Shown here: positions 58,004 to 64,000 of the stretch, piece after piece | Numbering within the stretch: position 1 is the stretch's first letter | How the letters are laid out: each line of letters begins with the position of its first letter | Virus record (IMG/VR): IMGVR_UViG_3300032093_000026 | Direction: 5' to 3' (one strand) | Length of the DNA stretch: 64,000 nt | Source: an uncultured virus (IMG/VR IMGVR_UViG_3300032093_000026) | Taxonomy: Duplodnaviria; Heunggongvirae; Uroviricota; Caudoviricetes | Notes under the pieces: generated by a model | Seen by the model: only the letters and a program-made list of their open reading frames with translations | Database searches by the model: none | Told to the model about the DNA's origin: nothing | Translations under genes and position numbers: made by a program

Positions 58004-58354
58004 ATGAAAAATAAAAAATATCTAGAAGAAGATAAGCCTGTAAGTAAACCAGGTAAAAAAAAATCCAAAGAATGGATTGTAGAATATAAGTGGAAGTCAT
58101 TAGAAGAATATAATAAATACCCTAAGAAATGGTATAGATCTGATGTATATTCAGAAGAGTGGAGATCTATTGCATATAGTAATAAATTCCATACATCTAA
58201 GTCTGCTATACAATCAATAGATCAATTTATAAAAGTTGCAAAAGCTTATCATAAAAATGATCTTATGACGGGATGGTATGATGACAAATTTGGTAAAGAT
58301 TATAGAGTGAGAAATCTCAAGACAGGAGAAACAATTAATTATTTAAATGATTAA
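58004..58354 (+). CDS. Hypothetical protein
   Basis: 116 aa. Confidence 0.55.
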   Translation: MKNKKYLEEDKPVSKPGKKKSKEWIVEYKWKSLEEYNKYPKKWYRSDVYSEEWRSIAYSNKFHTSKSAIQSIDQFIKVAKAYHKNDLMTGWYDDKFGKDYRVRNLKTGETINYLND

Positions 58355-58356
58355 CT

Positions 58357-58905
58357 ATGACAAAAGAAGAATTCATAGAACTAAAAGACACCTATATTGA
58401 TAATATCAAAAGATATTTCAAAGAATCAGGTGATTTATTTGCACATGTAGCTCTTTTTTGTGAATTTAAAAAAGATGCAGAAGATTATGATGAAAGACCT
58501 GCTATTGTGCATGTACCAATACCAGGTAAATTATTAGAAACAGGACTAGGTAAAGACTTCTTTGTAGAATTTCTTTTAAACGAGGCTGTAACTGATATAA
58601 AAGAAAAGTTTATTATTAAGGGAGTTGCTTGGTCAGCAGAAGCTTGGATGAAAATGTCAGATAAAAATCCAAAAAATGATATAGAAATGGATGATCTTCC
58701 TATAAAAGCAGAAGTTATCATTATCAATATTGAATCTGAAGATGTAAATGAATGTAATATTTTTGAAATTGAAAGATCTAAAATGTCTATTGAAGAAGAT
58801 GGATCAATAAAGTCAGAAGAAATTAATTTTAAAGAATTACAAAGAGAAGGTAATCCAAATATGGGTGGTAGATTTTCAGGTTTGTATAATAAGATTAAAA
58901 ACTAA
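58357..58905 (+). CDS. Hypothetical protein
   Basis: 182 aa, with an EAWM motif. Confidence 0.6.
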   Translation: MTKEEFIELKDTYIDNIKRYFKESGDLFAHVALFCEFKKDAEDYDERPAIVHVPIPGKLLETGLGKDFFVEFLLNEAVTDIKEKFIIKGVAWSAEAWMKMSDKNPKNDIEMDDLPIKAEVIIINIESEDVNECNIFEIERSKMSIEEDGSIKSEEINFKELQREGNPNMGGRFSGLYNKIKN

Positions 58906-58907
58906 TT

Positions 58908-59093
58908 ATGGATTTATTTGGTAAGAAGAAGATAGCAAATTTAGAGAAAGAGATACAACATTTAAAAGGTATGCTTCATGAATGTGGTATAAAATTAACA
59001 GAAAAACAAGAGCATATTAATAAAACAAATGCATTTTGGAAAAAGAAAATGCATGATTTAACACATTCTAAAAGCAAGAAAAATAAGTTATAG
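58908..59093 (+). CDS. Hypothetical protein
   Basis: 61 aa coiled coil. Confidence 0.5.
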   Translation: MDLFGKKKIANLEKEIQHLKGMLHECGIKLTEKQEHINKTNAFWKKKMHDLTHSKSKKNKL

Positions 59094-59171
59094 CTTTATT
59101 ATCCGTACTATTTATATGTAGTTGATTGTTATTTAATACATATGATTAATTTTATATGTAAATAAATAAAA

Positions 59172-59423
59172 GTGTTATATCAACTACCAAACGGTAAAGT
59201 TATAGAAATAAGTACTGAGCAATTCGTAGAAATGACTGACGAAGAGCTTGAGTATCTTATTGCCTATAACTATGGGGAAGTGCAAGAAAATCCTTGGTTT
59301 GGTTCAGTATTATCTAAACAAGCTCCAGAAGATGAGATTGATATACTACCAGTAGAATTACCTGATGTGAAGGATAATGATAAAATAAGTTCCCTAGACG
59401 CAGATTTTAATGTAGAAGATTAA
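59172..59423 (+). CDS. Acidic hypothetical protein
   Basis: 83 aa; terminator at 59448-59472. Confidence 0.6.
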   Translation: MLYQLPNGKVIEISTEQFVEMTDEELEYLIAYNYGEVQENPWFGSVLSKQAPEDEIDILPVELPDVKDNDKISSLDADFNVED

Positions 59424-59497
59424 AATTCTACTCATTTTTTTAGACATGCCTCTGAATTTTCAGAGGTTTTTTTATTTTAACTCAAATTTAGACTCAA

Positions 59498-59974
59498 ATG
59501 TACTCTAAAGTAGTAGTAAAAGCAGATGAAAACGGTAATGTAATAGGCGTTTTCAAAAACAATCCTGAATATGGATATGTTCGTGTAGAACAAGTGGCAC
59601 CTGTAATTAGTGACACAGGTTGGTTAAAGACAGCTAAAAGATCAAGTTTTATTAAAGGTAAAATTGAAGATTTGCAAAAGCTTAGTTATAAAGCAAATCA
59701 AGAAATTCCTGGTAAAATTGTAATAGTTGAATCACTTATTCCGTTTAATATGGAAAATGCTGATCGTGATCTTAAAGTGGCTGGTGACACTGGTGTTATT
59801 TGTCGTTATGATGATCAACCAATTTATAGAAGGTCATTTTATACAACAAATACTAAAATTGAAGACGAAGTGATTCATCATACAAATGCTGATGAAATTC
59901 GTGAAGTTCAAGCTGCTCAACGTGAATTAACATCTTCCATTGTTAAAAAACGTGACGCAGTTTTAGATCTGTAA
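59498..59974 (+). CDS. Hypothetical protein
   Basis: 158 aa; terminator at 59996-60021. Confidence 0.65.
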   Translation: MYSKVVVKADENGNVIGVFKNNPEYGYVRVEQVAPVISDTGWLKTAKRSSFIKGKIEDLQKLSYKANQEIPGKIVIVESLIPFNMENADRDLKVAGDTGVICRYDDQPIYRRSFYTTNTKIEDEVIHHTNADEIREVQAAQRELTSSIVKKRDAVLDL

Positions 59975-60039
59975 TTTTTATTTATTCTCAACAATAAAGG
60001 GCTCAGTAAAATGAGCCCTTTAATTTTTAAATCAATTAT

Positions 60040-60555
60040 ATGAATCCAAACAAAACAATTTTGGCAAATCCTAGAGGTATTTTAATTAGCTATGATGATC
60101 AAAAGCGTCATTTTCTTAATTACGAACCTAAAAGGGAAGTTGTTAAGTCAACACAAATTAATGGTAACTCACGTTATCAAGAAAAAGTATTTGAGTTTAA
60201 TAGAACTCAATTAAAACTTTATAATGAAGCTGTTTATGGATTTAAAGCTTATTCTAATGAAGTGGTTATGGAAATGAGACCACATCATATTAAAAGAATC
60301 CAATCTATTCATAGAAAAGCTAAAGAAGTTATTAATGAATATAAACTTGAAATAGCTAATGCTGAAATGGATAGTTTTCTTTCTAAATTATTTCCAAATT
60401 CTAAAATTGCTCAAGCAATTGTAAACATTAAAGGAGTTGATACATCTGTAAAAATTCCATTATCTCTAAAAGATCTTAAGATTAGTTCTGAAAGCTTGGC
60501 AAAAAGACTTGTACAATCTGGTGTTTTACCAGAAAACTTTTTTAATTTAGCATAA
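60040..60555 (+). CDS. Hypothetical protein
   Basis: 171 aa. Confidence 0.6.
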   Translation: MNPNKTILANPRGILISYDDQKRHFLNYEPKREVVKSTQINGNSRYQEKVFEFNRTQLKLYNEAVYGFKAYSNEVVMEMRPHHIKRIQSIHRKAKEVINEYKLEIANAEMDSFLSKLFPNSKIAQAIVNIKGVDTSVKIPLSLKDLKISSESLAKRLVQSGVLPENFFNLA

Positions 60556-60944
60556 TGATTAAGGCAAAACTTAAAAAATGTGCTGGCTGTGAACAAATGA
60601 AACACATTTGGAAATCACATGGCAAAGAAAAGTATTGTCAGCAATGCTGGTACACTATTGATAAGCCCAAATCTATCTCACCTGTCTCTAAAAAGAGGCA
60701 GGTTGAGATGGATAATTATTCTAAATTAAGAATGGTTTTTCTTATTGCAAAGCCTCTTTGTGAAGCAAAAATCATTCATTGTACAGGAAATAGTACTGAT
60801 GTGCATCATAAGTCAGGCAGAACAGGTGAAAATTATTTAAAAATGTCTACCTGGTTAGCTGTTTGTAGAAATTGTCACAAATGGATAGAAGAAAATCCTA
60901 TTGAGGCAAAAGAACTTGGTTTTAGTAATTCTAGATTAGATTGA
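60555..60944 (+). CDS. HNH-like endonuclease with Zn finger
   Basis: CxxC..CxxC, then DVHH..GR..N..WLAVCRNCH. Confidence 0.75.
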   Translation: MIKAKLKKCAGCEQMKHIWKSHGKEKYCQQCWYTIDKPKSISPVSKKRQVEMDNYSKLRMVFLIAKPLCEAKIIHCTGNSTDVHHKSGRTGENYLKMSTWLAVCRNCHKWIEENPIEAKELGFSNSRLD

Positions 60945-61106
60945 TATGACTACTAAAGAAAAAAGAGAAATTTATTACAACAAACTTCTTGAAAAGCGTA
61001 AAACAAATTTTTTAAAAAGTGTAAAATCAGTTGTAGTAAAAAAACCAGTTCAAAAAGAAATTAATTGGGAAACTTTAAATGATTTTTTTAAAAAAAGAAA
61101 ATAATT

Positions 61107-61487
61107 ATGGATTATATATTATTAGGATTAATAGTTACAGCTGCTGTTATTGCAGTTGTAGGAATTATAATGTATACAGCACAAGAACTTATGATCACTT
61201 GGAAGCATGAACCACATGGTTATTGTCCTGTGCAAGCTGAAGGTTGGTTTATTGGTTATTATTTCTATTTTAGATCTCGTTATGAAACTGGTAAAATACA
61301 GTTTTGTAAAACATCTGACGATTGGGATAATGGCTATATAACTAAAGAATATGTTCTTTATAGATCTGATGATGCATATGTAGCAGGATATATAAAATAT
61401 TCAAAAGCAAGACGACTAATATATTGGGCTTGTTTTAAGTTCTTAATTAATCGTATTATTAGAAATATTAAAGATGCCGTTAAGTAA
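61107..61487 (+). CDS. Hypothetical protein with N-terminal TM
   Basis: CPVQAEG...FYFRSR motif. Confidence 0.6.
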   Translation: MDYILLGLIVTAAVIAVVGIIMYTAQELMITWKHEPHGYCPVQAEGWFIGYYFYFRSRYETGKIQFCKTSDDWDNGYITKEYVLYRSDDAYVAGYIKYSKARRLIYWACFKFLINRIIRNIKDAVK

Positions 61488-61704
61488 AAGATGTTATTGT
61501 TGTAAAAGGACATTTCCACTCTTTATGTATCATAAAGCTACAAGATTTACTATTAAAACAGATTTAGGTAGAAATAGATGTTGTAGAATATGTGTATTTA
61601 AAAAAGCAAAAGATCCTGTTGTGAGATGGAATAAACAAATAAAAAAATTTGAATTAGTATCTCTTACATTAAAACAGCGTATTAGAGAATTTTTTAAACG
61701 ATAA
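61474..61704 (+). CDS. Zn-finger-like protein
   Basis: CxxC..CxxC. Confidence 0.5.
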   Translation: MPLSKRCYCCKRTFPLFMYHKATRFTIKTDLGRNRCCRICVFKKAKDPVVRWNKQIKKFELVSLTLKQRIREFFKR

Positions 61705-61706
61705 TT

Positions 61707-61934
61707 ATGGATCAAGAACCAAAATTAGAAAATGCTACTTTCACATTTAGCCAAGAAACTAATTGTGTAGATGAAGGTGATATAGAAGAACTTACTATCA
61801 GATGTGAATCATCATTAGGAATAGATAATGATGAAGGTTGTTTCTATGTTCTGGAGACAGAAAGATGGTCTATTGACTCTGTAGAAGAATTACAGAAACT
61901 ATTTGATAGGATTAGTAAAGTGATAAACAAATAA
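61707..61934 (+). CDS. Acidic hypothetical protein
   Basis: 75 aa. Confidence 0.55.
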   Translation: MDQEPKLENATFTFSQETNCVDEGDIEELTIRCESSLGIDNDEGCFYVLETERWSIDSVEELQKLFDRISKVINK

Positions 61935-61936
61935 CT

Positions 61937-62245
61937 ATGGCACAACAAACAGCAATGCAACAATTAATTAAATGGATGGAAGATATGAGTGAAGTTATTC
62001 CATTTGATCAAGGAAGTTGTTATGACAAGGCTATTGAACTTTTACAAATGGAGAAGGAGCAACTTGAAAATGCTAGACCACAAATAATATCAAATTGTGT
62101 TATAAAGGAAATGTCAAATGAGGAAATATGGAATGCAAGTATAAAATATGATAATGGTGCTATGCTAGAAACACCAATGGTACACTTTCAACAAGGAGCT
62201 TTTTGGTATAGAGAACAATTAAAAAATAGTGTTCACGGAACGTGA
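61937..62245 (+). CDS. Hypothetical protein
   Basis: QQTA...MEKEQ..F.QGA.WYREQL pattern. Confidence 0.55.
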   Translation: MAQQTAMQQLIKWMEDMSEVIPFDQGSCYDKAIELLQMEKEQLENARPQIISNCVIKEMSNEEIWNASIKYDNGAMLETPMVHFQQGAFWYREQLKNSVHGT

Positions 62246-62357
62246 ACAATTAAAAAAGAAATATAATACTGAAATGGCTAATAATGTACCTTATAGGGTA
62301 CAAAATGAGGCAAATTGAGTAATATAATACCTGTTAGGGTATAAAAATAAAAATTTT

Positions 62358-62690
62358 ATGACAATAATTGACCCACCAAGTGGCTGGAAATATGGGTTTC
62401 CAAAGCCAATACCTGAAGATAGAAAAAAAGATGTTATTCCATGGCTCATAGAGCAAGGCTATCCAAAAAAAGTTATAGATGAGTATGGAGAGTATTTTGC
62501 TTGTAGATTTTGGGATGAAAATGAAGAAGCAGAAAATCCATTAAAAGATGTAACTAGATTTGAAGTGATAGATCATTCAGGTGATAAACCTGGAAGAGTG
62601 TTAGTTAAACATAATATTAGTGTGGAAATGTCTATTCAAGATGATGGTAAAACATTAAAAATATTTATATCAGATGAAACTAAGGTATAG
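62358..62690 (+). CDS. Two-module hypothetical protein
   Basis: DPPSGWKYGFPK and VTRFEVIDH..QDDGKTLKIF modules. Confidence 0.6.
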   Translation: MTIIDPPSGWKYGFPKPIPEDRKKDVIPWLIEQGYPKKVIDEYGEYFACRFWDENEEAENPLKDVTRFEVIDHSGDKPGRVLVKHNISVEMSIQDDGKTLKIFISDETKV

Positions 62691-62937
62691 ACTGCTTATA
62701 GTTTTTATTTGTGCGTTATTTATTGAAATAACAGGTGTATGTGGACTTGTATTTCTTGAGAAAAGAAACTATGTAGGAATGTTTTTAATGATATTTCTAA
62801 ACCCATATATTTGTCTACCAATGAACCATTTTAATATAGAATGTAAAACTTTTAAAGACAGGTTTTATTTAGCCACTGCATTTGCATGTGGTTTTGGACT
62901 AGGAGTTATTTTAGTTAGGCCTTTTATTTTAAAATAA
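62674..62937 (+). CDS. Membrane protein
   Basis: Three hydrophobic segments. Confidence 0.5.
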   Translation: MKLRYRLLIVFICALFIEITGVCGLVFLEKRNYVGMFLMIFLNPYICLPMNHFNIECKTFKDRFYLATAFACGFGLGVILVRPFILK

Positions 62938-62942
62938 ATAAT

Positions 62943-63563
62943 ATGAAAATAAATAAAAAAAGCAAATTTTATACTCCAAAACCATTTAAAGAAAAAGCAA
63001 TCGACTTCTTTAAATCCTTGCCATTTTGGAGAGGTAGAAAAAAAGGTATGATACATACTATGAACATTAAATGGGAACATATCAGAGCTGTATTCTTTCC
63101 TAAGAACTTCCACGAGAAATATCATTATCTTGGATCTATACCATGGAAAGAAGACAGTGAGATATTTCTAGCATTAGAACCATTAGTGATATTTTTAGAT
63201 TATAAAGCTAAGCCATGGTGGTGTCCAAGATGGGTGCTTAGATTCTTACATCTCTTTGGAAATGATAATAGTATTGTAAGAGTTAGAAATAGAACCCTTG
63301 CTAATTTAAGCGATAAGTTAACCAAAGGAATTATGATGGTTGACTATAAAACTAAATGGAGTTGGTATGATTTAAGACTTAGCATTTATGGTGACAAACA
63401 AGCAAACTGGTTAGCAGATGCTATAGAAGATAAATATTATAGAGATGGTAGAAGACAAGATATTTTAGATGAGTTAAAGAAACTAAATCCAGAATGTAAT
63501 TATAGTTGGAAACCTTTAGCAGATTTAGAAGCAGAATTAGAAAAATTAAAACCAAATTATTAA
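62943..63563 (+). CDS. Hypothetical protein
   Basis: 206 aa. Confidence 0.6.
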   Translation: MKINKKSKFYTPKPFKEKAIDFFKSLPFWRGRKKGMIHTMNIKWEHIRAVFFPKNFHEKYHYLGSIPWKEDSEIFLALEPLVIFLDYKAKPWWCPRWVLRFLHLFGNDNSIVRVRNRTLANLSDKLTKGIMMVDYKTKWSWYDLRLSIYGDKQANWLADAIEDKYYRDGRRQDILDELKKLNPECNYSWKPLADLEAELEKLKPNY

Positions 63564-63566
63564 GTT

Positions 63567-63764
63567 ATGCCAGATATTACAATGTGTAAGGATCATCAGT
63601 GTAAACTAAAAGAAAATTGTTATAGATACACTGCAACACCTTCTAAGTATGACCAATCATATTTCGTAAATAGCCCATATAATAAACAAGAAGACAATTG
63701 TCAATATTTTTGGGACAGTAGTCATTATCAAAAAGTAAAAGATGAAAACAAAATCACAGACTAA
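63567..63764 (+). CDS. Small Cys-motif protein
   Basis: DITMC...C.LKENCYRY...C. Confidence 0.6.
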   Translation: MPDITMCKDHQCKLKENCYRYTATPSKYDQSYFVNSPYNKQEDNCQYFWDSSHYQKVKDENKITD

Positions 63765-63846
63765 ATTAGTTATTGAAACAATTGTATTTACTATTTTATG
63801 GATAGCTGCAGCAACAGCTCTTTATTTTTTATGTAAAATTTAAACT

Positions 63847-64000
63847 ATGTCTTATATTTTATCATTTATTGGTGTATTTTTTGCAATAGCAATAGCAGAT
63901 GTTTGTTGGACTTATTATTTTATAAAAATTGAAGAAAGAAAGTCTGTTTCTGCTGGCTTTTGGGGCGCAGGTGTTTACATCTGTGGTGCATTTGCTGTAA
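63847..64000 (+). CDS. Partial membrane protein
   Basis: MSYILSFIGVFFAIAIADVCWTYY..., runs off the window. Confidence 0.5.
   Translation, partial: MSYILSFIGVFFAIAIADVCWTYYFIKIEERKSVSAGFWGAGVYICGAFAV

Noticed and set aside
1..64000. Stop-codon reassignment as in some crAss-like phages
   Set aside because: Long genes are intact in code 11, TAG and TGA end genes flush with their neighbours, and no suppressor tRNA was seen.

Overview
AT-rich dsDNA phage segment in the standard genetic code. It most resembles a crAss-like podovirus of a Bacteroidota host, judged from gene order, TAnnTTTG promoters and SD-less A-rich leaders. Positions 1-50289 (minus strand) are the morphogenesis arm. In transcription order it holds small regulatory and nuclease genes, two tRNA-type genes, terminase, portal, scaffold, major capsid protein, a cluster of small basic xxGG-motif proteins, ring and structural proteins, a ~15.5 kb block of Cys-rich modular proteins with mucin-like poly-Thr/Ser tracts, three glycosyltransferases (one fused to an FkbM methyltransferase), a metallophosphoesterase, an IHF-like protein, tail ring and stabilisation proteins, and a partial cargo protein. 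Positions 50494-64000 (plus strand) are an early/accessory arm of small ORFs that is rich in structured RNAs: a tmRNA, a tRNA-like RNA with no anticodon arm, a ~520 nt unknown RNA bracketed by matching palindromes, and a possible 6S-like RNA. The most interesting candidate system is a phage-encoded mucin-like glycoprotein fibre apparatus, with a GT resembling eukaryotic protein O-glycosyltransferases (GT95/GT96) beside its putative Thr-rich substrates. All calls come from reading motifs and synteny by eye; no database searches or folding programs were run.
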